Source: a bacterium (GTDB taxonomy: Bacteria > SAR324 > NAC60-12). Taken from it: a stretch of DNA of 64,000 nucleotides. The position numbers and the translations under genes were made by a program. The stretch is taken from NCBI GenBank assembly GCA_965233585.1, contig CBDDTI010000745.1:320001-384000 (forward strand). The letters run 5' to 3'. A model generated the notes under the pieces. It saw nothing but the letters and a program-made list of their open reading frames with translations, was not told the DNA's origin and searched no databases. Shown piece by piece: positions 53,236 through 63,975 of the stretch; position 1 is the stretch's first letter; each line of letters begins with the position of its first letter.

Positions 53236-54290
53236 ATGAATGCTTTCTTCAAATTACAAGCCTTTCACTCTTTACTTGGTGAAGACTCTCAAATCTTTTC
53301 TGATGATGAACAGGTGGAAACTTTTGAGCTTTTTGAAAAAGAATTTGCTGAAGAACAAGACGAACAACTCCAATTCCTCATGGAACTCCAAACATTTAAA
53401 AGAGAATACCCAGAAGAATTTAGGAAGATTCAAAATTTACCTCATAAAACACGAAATGCCGTTTGCAATGACCAACTCAACCAACAAAGCCTTGTTTTTT
53501 TGAAAAATCAACACCGATTAGCCTTTTATCAAGTCTCTCCTAACCTTCAAGAACCAATAAAGCCAAAAACGACTGAAACCACTTTTGTTCAAACTGCCAA
53601 AACATTGAAGGCTCAAATCTTCAAACACACACTTCACACTCTGCCACATTTTCACTATCCACATGTCCAAGCTGCCAAACAACATTTTGACAATGAAAAC
53701 GTTCAACAAACCCAAGAAGACCCTGCATTCAACAAACAAGAAAACAAAGCCTTGTTTTTTTAAAAAATCAACACCGATTAGCTTTTTATCAAGTCTCTCC
53801 TAACCTTCAAGAACCAATAAAGCCAAAAACGACTGAAACCACTTTTGTTCAAACTGCCAAAACATTGAAGGCTCAAATCCTCAAACACACACTTCACACT
53901 CTGCCACGCTTTCACCATTCACACGTCCAAGCCGCCAAACAGAATTTTGACAATGAAAACGTTCAACAAACCCAAGAAGACCCTGCATTCAACAAACAAG
54001 AAAACAAAGCCTTGAAGTTTTTAAAAGCCTGTTTGACCACTCCAGACCTCTCATCTTCAGAACGAAACACCCTTCAAGGTGCAATCAATCAGATTCATCA
54101 AGGCACGGTCAAAAGTCTTGTCAAAGAACTTAATCTATTAGCCAAGTCCATTGCCAAATCCAAGCAAAACTCTGCCATTGAGGACATTTTAGCCCTCCTT
54201 GCCAAGTATGAAAAAATTTATCTGGAAGAGCAAAACTCTGGTGGAACAGACGATGCACAAATTGTCATCTCTCAATCTTATACCGAATGA
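53236..54290 (+). pseudogene. C-terminal remnant of an R-M-associated helicase-like gene, frameshifted by a 260-bp tandem duplication
   Basis: KLQAFHSLLGEDSQIFS and the terminal IVISQSY resemble helicases found beside type IIG systems (from memory); duplication bounded by AACAAAGCCTTG. Confidence 0.55.
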
Positions 54291-54411
54291 GAAAAAATCG
54301 TTTTCTTTGAGATTCTGATTTGATGATTTATATTGTATTTGTTCCAAAGCAGTTATAGAATTTTTCATATTTTGGTTTGAAAACAACAAGCATTTTAGAA
54401 AAAGAGGATTT

Positions 54412-55620
54412 ATGAACTTATCATGGCATGAAAAAGGTTTGAAGAAGTTCCTGATGTTCCTAGCTGTTTTTGCATTTTTGCTAGCAGGTTGTCAGGACAA
54501 AAAGAAAGAGTCATCTTCTTCCAAAGAGAAAGATGAGGAAGTTTTGCCAGTAGCAGAACAGCCCAAGGGACCTCCTGTTGTGTTTTTTGTAGGCAATAGT
54601 TTGACCTACAACCATGACATTCCCAAGAAGTTTGGCAGTCTTTTGGAGCAGAACAACATCAAGGCATCAGGTTATCAAGGAGTGCAGTCCGATGTAGCAG
54701 GTGCGCGTAGTTTGGACGGGGGATTCTTTTCTATGATTCACAAAGTGTTGCTGGACAAAAACAGCCATCCTAAATTTTTGGTGTTGCAAGAACAAAGCAA
54801 CGGCTGGAGTTTTAACGACACAAAAGAAATCATTGAATATTATAAATCAGTTGCAAGTGAAATCGGAGCAACGATTGTCTTGTATCAAACATGGAACAAA
54901 CTTTTTCCTCAAAGTCGGAAAAGCTCTTGTAGATGGTCTGGTAAGACTTTTGACAATAGCGTACCAAAGCAATATTTGACCAATGGGGCAAAGTATTCTT
55001 TAGCAGTCGCTCCTGTTGCAGAGGCTTGGGAAAGTGCTTGTAGAAAATCCCTGACCGTGCCTTTAACTCCTCACAATGATTATCATGCTGACGCCGCAGG
55101 GGCTTATGCCGCCGCCTATACCTTTGTTTATACTCTGTTTCCCAATCAGCCCAAAGTGCCGTCAGTGTTAGATGCACAAATTCCAGCATCAGACATGCAA
55201 AAGCTCAACGACAGTGCTTATGAAGCAGTGAAGGCACAAAAACAGACCAAATTCATTCCCCCTGACCCACGCGTCAAAGATGATATTGGAGGGACCATAG
55301 AAACAGCCAAACGCATTGTCAATTTAAAAAACAACACTCTGACAGTCAGGCTGGAAACCTGTGATGTAGATTTATATTTCATTGAACCCACCCCCACCCC
55401 TCAAAAACTTAAAATTTCTGGTAACAAATACGATTGGTTGTACGTCTTTCTGGCTGATGGAAAGAAGCCAGCCAACTGGGTTGATGACTGGAGAAATGAA
55501 GATGCTCAGAAATTTGACACTTCTACCACTCAAAGGATTTATTTGTACGGGATTCAAAACAACTGCAACACTGCCAAACCTTGGACATGGGCATTTAATG
55601 TCAAGCTAGAGACCTTGTAA
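54412..55620 (+). CDS. Lipoprotein with SGNH-hydrolase-like domain
   Basis: Lipobox LAGC; FVGNSLT, LQEQS, D.H motif, GAYAAA. Confidence 0.75.
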   Translation: MNLSWHEKGLKKFLMFLAVFAFLLAGCQDKKKESSSSKEKDEEVLPVAEQPKGPPVVFFVGNSLTYNHDIPKKFGSLLEQNNIKASGYQGVQSDVAGARSLDGGFFSMIHKVLLDKNSHPKFLVLQEQSNGWSFNDTKEIIEYYKSVASEIGATIVLYQTWNKLFPQSRKSSCRWSGKTFDNSVPKQYLTNGAKYSLAVAPVAEAWESACRKSLTVPLTPHNDYHADAAGAYAAAYTFVYTLFPNQPKVPSVLDAQIPASDMQKLNDSAYEAVKAQKQTKFIPPDPRVKDDIGGTIETAKRIVNLKNNTLTVRLETCDVDLYFIEPTPTPQKLKISGNKYDWLYVFLADGKKPANWVDDWRNEDAQKFDTSTTQRIYLYGIQNNCNTAKPWTWAFNVKLETL

Positions 55621-55745
55621 ATCTCAATCTTATTGATAGGCAATCTATCTTCAATCAGAGTTTGAAAAGTTGAAGACGGGTTGCTGATAGGATCAGATGA
55701 AGAATTTGAGAGGATGGTGGATTCGTTTAATGATCCATTAAGTCA

Positions 55746-56045
55746 ATGGAAACTTTAAATTTTGAAAAATTAGATAGTTTATTTTTTGAGTGGAGCAAAG
55801 CAAAGAATGAAAGATTAAAAACAGATAGAAAAGTCAGTTTTGAAATGGTAGAAAATTTGATTTTTAATGATGAAGTGATCAATATTGTTCCAGTCAGAAA
55901 TCAAATTAAATATCCGGGACAGAGATGTTTTTTGGTCAAATTGAATCATTATATTCATTATGTTCCTTTTGAAGTAAGGGGAGAAAATATAAGATTAATT
56001 ACTATTGTTCCAGATAGAAAATTTAATAAAATTTATAATAGTTAG
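55746..56045 (+). CDS. BrnT-like toxin
   Basis: FEWSKAKNERLK..RKVSFE, KYPGQ, YVPF, LITI.P.RK. Confidence 0.75.
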   Translation: METLNFEKLDSLFFEWSKAKNERLKTDRKVSFEMVENLIFNDEVINIVPVRNQIKYPGQRCFLVKLNHYIHYVPFEVRGENIRLITIVPDRKFNKIYNS

Positions 56046-56048
56046 ACA

Positions 56049-56351
56049 ATGGCAAATATAGAATTTGATAAATTGCACAAAGACCATGCTTTCGTCAAAC
56101 AGCATCAATTAGATGATTATGAAATAGAAACTTCTAATGATTTTTTAGATTATGAGGTTCAAGAAGTAGATCAGTCCGAAATTGACAATATTGTCAGGCT
56201 TGTCAGAAATGGTAGAAGAAAGAAAATGTCTTTCACTATTCAGGAATCTGATTTTTTAAAACTTCAAGAACAATCCAAAAAGAAAGGCATCAAAGAAAAT
56301 GAGTTGATAGAACAAGTCATACATAATTATTTGCTTGAAATAGCATCATGA
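56049..56351 (+). CDS. Probable cognate antitoxin (C-terminal RHH-like)
   Basis: Follows the toxin gene; acidic N-terminus, then KMSFTIQESDF.KL...GI....LI..VIHNY. Confidence 0.65.
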   Translation: MANIEFDKLHKDHAFVKQHQLDDYEIETSNDFLDYEVQEVDQSEIDNIVRLVRNGRRKKMSFTIQESDFLKLQEQSKKKGIKENELIEQVIHNYLLEIAS

Positions 56352-56522
56352 ACACTCACCAAGCCAAGCAAATATAAATAAAAATTGTACTTTCAAGATA
56401 TACGTGAACGTTCAAAGACTTTCAAAGCAATCAAATAAGAAAGTCAAAACCCCAAACTAAATCAATACTCCCTCTTCTTGTTTTAGTCCACTGAATCAGC
56501 TAGACTCTTCCCAATCTCTCAT

Positions 56523-56796
56523 CTAAAAAAATTCTTTGAGGTAAGGAATGACTTGAATGGTGACTATTAAACCAAGCATCCAACGATTAAGTTTAATTTC
56601 CCCTTTGACCAAACAAATTCCCTCTTTAAGTTCTGCTTTTGTTAAAATCAAGTCTTCTTCGGTTGCAAGTCCATCTTGTTTGGCACTTGCAAGATTTTTA
56701 AAGTGCATCGCTCAACGATTCTGATTGTTCTGATGTGAATCCTTTGTTTTGCAATCGTTGAATCATTTGATAAGTATCAAAAACTAATGTTGCCAT
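56523..56796 (-). pseudogene. Short DUF1640/CCDC90-like gene with a frameshift
   Basis: MATLVFDTYQMIQRLQNKGFTSEQSESLSDAL*; deleting one base continues KNLASAKQDGLATEEDL..LNRWMLG. Confidence 0.75.
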
Positions 56797-56874
56797 GACA
56801 AAAATCTTTCTTAAATGGGTGCTTGTTTAATGGACAGCATAACAAATTTTAATACAAAATTAAAAAAGGAAAAA

Positions 56875-59800
56875 ATGGAAGAACAAGCACTAAAAAATTT
56901 TTTACAAAATCAATATGACCGCCAAGACTGGCAAGGTGTTTTGCAAAGCCTTTTTAGTCAGGGAAAGTTAAAATTACGAGAAAATCCAATTCCAATGCCT
57001 TGTCAAGACAAGTTAAAGGATTTTAAGCAACTTGGTTCTGTTACACTCAAACAAGACGAACGTCTGGATTTGTTTGAGGTAGAAGTTTCTGAAGAACTGA
57101 ATCTTGCAAGGAATCGTGTGGGAGTTAGCCAGATGGTGAAAGACACAGACCATGCACTTTGTGTCTATCATCAAGCAGGTTCAAAGCACTGGCGTCTGTC
57201 GCTGATTTCTAAAAGCTACGGCTTCCATCAAGGCACTGTCCAAGTCACAGACCTTGATGCCAAACGTTACACCTTCTTGCTTGGACAAGATGCCAAAGTC
57301 CGCACACCTGCCAATCAGCTTTTTACCTTCTCACAATCTGGCAGAACACTTGCAGAATTAGAAAAAGCCTTTAGCGTTGACCCGCTCAACAAAGAATTTT
57401 ATCAAGCCATACAACAATGGTATGACTGGGCTTGCCAATGCGTTCAATTTCCTAATGACTTGAATGAAACCGCTCATCAACCAAAAGCATTGATTAGACT
57501 GCTCACAAGGCTCATCTTTTGTTGGTTTCTCAAAGAAAAAAACTTAATCAACCAAGACATTTTTGACCGAAGCAAAGTTGCAGGGTTTTTAAATCTCAAT
57601 TCTGATGCAAGCAGTTATTACAAGGCAATGTTACAAAATCTATTTTTTGGAACACTTAATAAACCCAGAGACGGGGAGAGTGAAGACCCACGTTTGAAAC
57701 GTGAATTTAGAACAGACAGACAACATTACAACATCACTCATCTTTATCGCTACAAAGCGTTGTTCCAAAATGACCAAAAGGCACAACAATTCATAGATGA
57801 TTACTTCAAAGACATTCCATTTTTAAACGGAGGGTTGTTTGAATGCCTAGACCAGCCAAGCAAAACAGAAAAAACAGCCAAAGGCAATGACAAAATTTTA
57901 AGAGTTGACGGATTTTCTGACCGACCAGATAATCCTCTCAAAGTGCCAAATCATTTGTTTTTTGAAAACACCCCGCTTGCTCACACAAGCACATCTGGGA
58001 AGCTAGGACTTTTTGACATCTTAAACCGCTATCAATTCACGCTAGACGAAAGCACTGCCTCTGACGTCAATGTGGCACTTGACCCCGAATTGCTTGGACA
58101 AATCTTTGAAAACTTACTTGGTGCTTATAATCCTGAAACCAAAGACAATGCACGCAAAAGCACAGGTTCTTTTTACACGCCACGTGAGGTGGTTCAGTTC
58201 ATGGTAGATGAGTCCCTGCAAACTTATTTTGCCCAAAAGGTTCAAAACACTCTGCAAAATCCCAAAGACAAGTTTTGGCAAGAAACTCAAGCAGAATACA
58301 AAGAATTTTCTTGCAAGGAGGACATTTTGAAGGAGGTAAAAAGTTTGTGGGAGGACTGCTGTTCCCTCCATGCACAACCTGACAGCTCTAAGGCCGGGGA
58401 AGTTCCGCGGCAAGCAGTTGGCTTTTGCTCTGATTACAAAAGTCTTTCCACGTTTCACAAACTCTTTAGACCAAACAGTCTAGCAAATCATCATAAACTT
58501 TGTCAAAGGCTGTTTAAAAAATTATTGATTCAGGCGATTGATGATTTAAAAATTCTTGACCCCGCTTGCGGGTCAGGGGCTTTTCCGATGGGAATTTTAA
58601 ACACACTTGTCCAAATCTTACACATTCTTGACCCCAAAAATGACCATTGGAAGCAACGACAAATCCAGAAAGCTGAACAAATTGATGAAGACCAGACCAA
58701 AACAAAAGCGATTGAAGACATTGAGACGCTTTTTCAAACCAATCAACTAGGCTACAGCAGGAAACTTTACTTAATTCAAAACTGCATTTATGGCACTGAC
58801 CTTCAAAACATTGCTGTTCAGATTTCAAAACTCCGCTTTTTTATCTCTTTGTTGGTGGATCAAGACATTGATGAGGTATTGTTAAACTATAAGTGATATG
58901 CGATATTAAGTTCATTTAATTGAATTGATAGTCATGGTGTAGCAATGAAGTCGTGTCCTAGATGTGAAAGTGAGAAGACGGTTAAGAATGGTTTCTTATA
59001 TGGTAAACCGAGGAGGCGTTGCAATGCCTGCAACTATCAATATACCAAGTCCTATCGTGGTCAAATCTCACCACAGATCAAAAGAAGAGCATTAGAGTTG
59101 TATTTGGAGGGTCTTGGTTTCAGGTCAATCGGTCGTTTGCTGAATTGTTCTCATGTTTCAGTTTATAATTGGGTCTGTAGTTTTGGCGAACAGCTCAAGG
59201 CATTAAGAAAGGACACAGACATTGAAATTATGGAAATTGATGAAATGCACACCTACATCCAGTCAAAAAAAACTACTGCTGGCTCTGGATTGCTGTTGAT
59301 AGATGTGGGAAGCAATTTATCAATTGTGTGCTTGGAAACAGAGACTCAAAAGCCTGTAGGCATTTATGGGACAAGGTCAAGGAAACAAAACCTCTTCAGG
59401 TGATGACTGATCACTGGAAGGCTTACAAACAAGTCATTCCCAAAGAAATTCATACATGTTCCAAGGCAGAAACATACACGATAGAAGGGTATAATTCTCT
59501 CTTGAGACATTTCTTGGCAAGAATGAGAAGGAAAACCAAATGTTACAGCAAGTCTCTTAAAGCATTACAATATTCTGTTCTTTTGTTCATGGCAAAACGG
59601 AATAATCAGCTATCACTTATTACTTAACAATGCCATATTTTTCTGCCAAAACTCCAGCCACCAAAAAGAAATACCAAGACCAAGACCAACAGCAAAGGCA
59701 AGAACTTGCGACATTCCTGAAACAGAATGGCTGGCAAGATGAGATTGCCGACCGCATTGCCAGCTGGGTCCCTTACAATCAAAACACCGAAGCAGATTGG

Positions 59801-60223
59801 TTTGATGCAGAATTTATGTTTGGTGTGAAGGAGGGCTTTGACCTTGTGATTGGCAACCCCCCTTATATTCAATTACAAAAAGATGGGGGTAAGTTAGCCA
59901 GAAAATATGAACTCAAAGGTGTATCTGAAAAACATCGCTACCAAACTTTTGCCAGAACTGGGGATATTTATGTCTTGTTCTATGAAAAAGGACTCCAGTC
60001 TTTGAGGTCAGGCGGGCATCTTTGCTTCATCACTTCCAACAAATGGATGCGAACAGGATATGGCAAGGCGTTAAGAAAGTTTTTTACAGAACAAACCACT
60101 CCTAAACTTTTAATTGACCTTGGTCCCGGTGTGTTTGAATCTGCAACAGTAGATACAAATATCTTGCTTTTGCAAAGGACGCAACCTTCTGTTACAACCT
60201 CCCCCAGCCCCTCCTTATCAGGA
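56875..60223 (+). pseudogene. N-terminal and methyltransferase part of a type IIG/Eco57I-like R-M gene, disrupted by two IS elements
   Basis: LLTRLIF, PFLNGGLF, DPELLGQIFENLL, GSFYTPREVV, DPACGSGAF (motif I), IGNPPY (motif IV), ITSNKW, VFESATVDTNI. Confidence 0.88.
58875..59634 (+). mobile_element. IS1-family element, type b, copy 2 (760 bp)
   Basis: Near-identical to 40126-40886 with an intact InsA-like frame and A-run frameshift site; no TSD. Confidence 0.92.
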
Positions 60224-60996
60224 GGCAGTGTTCACTTGATATTGGCATGATATTTTTCAAACCTTTTATAGTCAAAGAAGAGTTGTAGAGAGTGTTCCAG
60301 CATGTCAAAAGTTTTGGAATGTCGTTTAGATTTTCTCATCAAGCGAGCTAGGTTATCTCTGATGGAAGAATTAGAAGATTCAATGAGATGAGTGTTGTCC
60401 TTGCCTATCTGATGCTTTTGTGGAATTTGGAGTTGTGCAAATGCCACTTGATAGCATGAGTTGGCATCTGTATAAATCGTTTCAATTCTAGCTCGTTGTG
60501 CTTTGACTAGTCCATACAGCTGCTTTGCTGCTGCTAATCCTTTGCCTATCACAAAGGCAATCACACATTGTTCTTGACGAGAATAGGCTGTCCAAACAGC
60601 TACTCTTTGGCTTTTTTTTGAACAAAAGTGTAGATCTCATCCATCTCTATACTATCTACTTGTGCATGGAAACTTGGTGCGTCTTTTGGAAGTTGAGACA
60701 CTCTAGCTTTTTTGATCCAGTTGACAATTGAAGCGGGAGACACCTGCAAAAAACGAGCGATCTTTCTGATGCCTACACTATTGACATACATCTCTAAGGC
60801 TTGACGCTTGGTCTCTAGTGGGATTCTCAACCCATTTGAGGTGAATGCTCTCTGACATGACTTGCAACGATACCTCTGAACCCCTTTGTAACTTCCATTC
60901 TTGATATAAGTCTGACTCCCACAATGATGACAACTTCTCATTTCCATTCCTCAAATTCACTCTCACATGCAATGACAATACCAACTAAACACTGCC
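60224..60996 (-). mobile_element. IS1-family element, type a, copy 4 (773 bp)
   Basis: Reverse complement of copy 3; flanks are TTATCAGGA and CTGACAAGA. Confidence 0.93.
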
Positions 60997-61043
60997 CTGA
61001 CAAGAGGGGTGTCCGTCAGGATGGGGTGTTTCCCTCTCCTCCT

Positions 61044-61631
61044 ATTCAAAAGGTGGCATGGGAGAACAAACGTACTGGATTCACTGAAATCATTCCGCAA
61101 GGCATTGATCCCGGCTGGGATACTAACCCCGGCAAGACAAGATTCAAAAACCTGCTCAAATCCACCACTGACAAGCTCAATGACTATTCTGCACCACTGG
61201 CAGCTGCCACCATTGCCTCACTGCTCAAAGGCGTCTCTTTCAAACAATGGTATGAAGAAGGAAAGCAAGGAAACTTCCCAGTAGGCAGGCTGTCTGAAAC
61301 AGATGCCAAAAAAATCAGTGCCAAAACTCAAACAGTCGTCTTGTCTCAAGAAACTCTCACCAAACAGAAAGAACACCATCCTGATTTGAGTTTAGAAGAG
61401 TATGAGCTGGTGCAAGAGACCATTGAAAGAGGCGAGATGATTCAAGAAGATGAAAACAATTTGACTTATCTTTTAAAAAAGGAACAAGGGTATACAAGCA
61501 TCGTGAAATCAACAAAAACGGGGGAAGCTATCTTTTTAACAAGTTTCAGAAGACTACCAAGTCATCAGTTAGAAAGAGAGAGTGAGTTCAGAAGGCTGGG
61601 CAAGAAAAAAGGTCAAAACAAAAGAGATTAA
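61044..61631 (+). pseudogene. 5'-truncated Mu gpF-like head morphogenesis protein with C-terminal nuclease-like extension
   Basis: WENKRTG...PQGIDPGWDTNPG is typical of the MuF C-terminus; KQKEHHPDLSLEEY and IFLTSFRR resemble PBECR-type domains (from memory). Confidence 0.6.
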
Positions 61632-61993
61632 AAAGGGGCAAATACCGCTGCTGCTAACTTTCCTCTGCTCTCATCAAGGTTTGCAATTTCATCTCGATCA
61701 GGCTCAATGATGAAAGGGTTCTCAATTTGAGAGTGGTTGCGTTTGCAGTAAAGCCCATAGTAATCCACAATGGAAAACTGCATCAGATACCACTCTTGCA
61801 CCAAATCATTCTGAATGTAGGCATGTTGAGACCACATCTTAATTTCATCTAAGGAAAGATCAGTGATTTGAGTATATTCTTTCACATCAAGTTTGGGAAG
61901 TCTCTCTATTTGGTTGTAGTCAAAGTAACGTTTGACATGTAAGAGTCTGTTGTTTTCTAGGTTGCACTCTATGAGACAGATGGATGTTTTCAT
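61628..61993 (-). CDS. Hypothetical protein
   Basis: 121-aa ORF; ATGA overlap with the XRE/peptidase gene. Confidence 0.55.
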   Translation of the reverse strand: MKTSICLIECNLENNRLLHVKRYFDYNQIERLPKLDVKEYTQITDLSLDEIKMWSQHAYIQNDLVQEWYLMQFSIVDYYGLYCKRNHSQIENPFIIEPDRDEIANLDESRGKLAAAVFAPF

Positions 61994-63105
61994 TTTCTCT
62001 TGTTGAATGTGATAGGAATCACATTGGAAAAATTTCTCTCAAAATCACCTTCCTGAAACTCAAAATCACTGACTAGTTTCTTGAGCATCTCTGATTGAAT
62101 TTTAAGATGGGATAAAAGCCCTTCGTATTTCAAAGGTTGAGTTCTCAGTAACTGCAAGCAGTGATGAATCACTTCTGCTTTTTCACCAGTTACTTCTTCA
62201 TCAAACTTTTCTTGTTTGGACTGACCTGATTTGTTGAGATAGATATTGGCGTGTTGATAACGTTTGGAGTCTATCATGCCCAAGTCATACGCTCTACGAA
62301 TCATAGCTAACACAGATGTTCTCCATCTTAACTTAAGCCTGTATAGTTTTTGCCAAGAAATATAACGATCTTTCTCCAAAAAAGAAAACTCTTGAAGAAA
62401 TGCAACTCTGGGTAATAAAAAAGCACTAGCAAATCGGTTTGCTTCATTTTCAGTTTGATCATCTCCTGTTTCTATTCCTTGATGCATCACTAAATGCCCT
62501 AACTCATGAGCTAGATCAAAACGCATACGACAAACACTGGGTTTAGAAGGGTTGCGGATCACCAGAGGCCTCTTACAACCTATGGAAAAAGCATCTATCT
62601 TTTCTGATACTTGACTAAAATGACTCACAAAAATACCTGCTCGCTCAAGAACTCTAGTCATGTTCAAAATAGGTGTTTGTATGCCAAGTCCCCAATGTTG
62701 ACGGCATTTTTCTGCTATTTGTTCTATCTCCATCTCTTTTGAAATGGCTGGTAAGTTGACAGAAGGAAGTGTCAACACTTCGTCTAAATAACGAACTAAT
62801 CTCTGAAAGAGGTGAGCATAATTCCATGCCTGCCTTTCTATGTGACGAGGTGTGGTTTTGAGTTTTCTGAAATGACAAGACTCTTCTGAAATCAGTGTAT
62901 GATCATTGAGATCAAAGAAAGCAGGTGTCACTAATAAAGTCTCAGCAAGAGCTTTGATCATCCCATGTCTAGGATAGGTAGAATTGATCTCAAGTCTCTG
63001 AATATACTGCTTACTTGAGCCGACCTTGTCTCCTAACTCTTCCAATGTCAACCCATGGAATAAACGAGCTGACCTTAACTGCTCTCCTCTAAAGTCTATT
63101 GTCAT
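61990..63105 (-). CDS. XRE-family HTH plus ImmA/IrrE Zn-metallopeptidase
   Basis: LRSAR..GLTLEEL HTH; RMRFDLAHELGHLVMH (HExxH); ENEANRFASAFLLP. Confidence 0.93.
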   Translation of the reverse strand: MTIDFRGEQLRSARLFHGLTLEELGDKVGSSKQYIQRLEINSTYPRHGMIKALAETLLVTPAFFDLNDHTLISEESCHFRKLKTTPRHIERQAWNYAHLFQRLVRYLDEVLTLPSVNLPAISKEMEIEQIAEKCRQHWGLGIQTPILNMTRVLERAGIFVSHFSQVSEKIDAFSIGCKRPLVIRNPSKPSVCRMRFDLAHELGHLVMHQGIETGDDQTENEANRFASAFLLPRVAFLQEFSFLEKDRYISWQKLYRLKLRWRTSVLAMIRRAYDLGMIDSKRYQHANIYLNKSGQSKQEKFDEEVTGEKAEVIHHCLQLLRTQPLKYEGLLSHLKIQSEMLKKLVSDFEFQEGDFERNFSNVIPITFNKRK

Positions 63106-63116
63106 TTATGATTTCA

Positions 63117-63701
63117 CTAATGTTTTTTAATTTGAATTTGATTATGACTTTCTGCAAAATCAATTCCTTCTATGGCTGATGGCTGCTCAATACCTTCATG
63201 TTCTCCTGATTGATTGTCAAATGGTTTTGCAGCGAGAGAGACTTCATGTTCACAGATGATTTCATTTTGAGAATTGACTCCAACAAATAAAATTCTGGTT
63301 GTTTCTAATTCTTCACATTCTATTAGGAATCTCCAGCAGTCCATTTTGCCTGTTGTCTGTTGGTCAAATAGACTTCCATTCTGCTCATACTTGTCACGTT
63401 TGAATTTCTCTCTATGCGTATCTCTTTTAAATTTGAAAGATACACCTGATATTGCTCCTAAAAACTTATTCCCCGATTTATCTATTATTTCCAAGTAATC
63501 ACATTCATCAGAAAATCTTGTCAAGGCATAGCAAGTTCTCTCGTAGCATTTGATACCATGACCCAATTTACCATCTCCTTTATCGGAATCGTGTGATTCT
63601 AATCCTTCCATACGAGTATGATGTATGAGATTGCCTATAGCATTGATCTTGTCCTCTGTAAGACTAGGGTTATAGTCCCATGGTTTCTTTAGGTGTTTCA
63701 T
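63117..63701 (-). CDS. Hypothetical protein, candidate toxin partner of the XRE-peptidase
   Basis: 194-aa ORF ending 11 bp upstream of the XRE/ImmA gene, same strand. Confidence 0.65.
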   Translation of the reverse strand: MKHLKKPWDYNPSLTEDKINAIGNLIHHTRMEGLESHDSDKGDGKLGHGIKCYERTCYALTRFSDECDYLEIIDKSGNKFLGAISGVSFKFKRDTHREKFKRDKYEQNGSLFDQQTTGKMDCWRFLIECEELETTRILFVGVNSQNEIICEHEVSLAAKPFDNQSGEHEGIEQPSAIEGIDFAESHNQIQIKKH

Positions 63702-63809
63702 AAATTTTTAAATGAAAAAGTTTAAAATCTTTATTCTATGCCTATTTATAAAAAAGTCAATCAATTTATATCTCTTATCTTCAAAATAAAAAGCTAATCT
63801 AGTTATTAG

Positions 63810-63975
63810 TCAAAACAAACTCTGTTGTCTAGGATCATTTTGAGTGGCATCTTGAATGATGCGGTAGATGTGCATCTCTGACAGGTGGTGGTCTTTGGCG
63901 ATTTTGTGAACACTGACACCTGCTTTGTATGCTTGTAGGATTTCTTGATTGCGGAGGGAGATCAGCAGTTGCTTG
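63810..63975 (-). pseudogene. 3' part of a Mu Mor/C-type transcription activator gene
   Basis: Minus strand reads KQLLISLRNQEILQAYKAGVSVHKIAKDHHLSEMHIYRIIQDATQNDPRQQSLF*; not in the ORF track. Confidence 0.7.
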
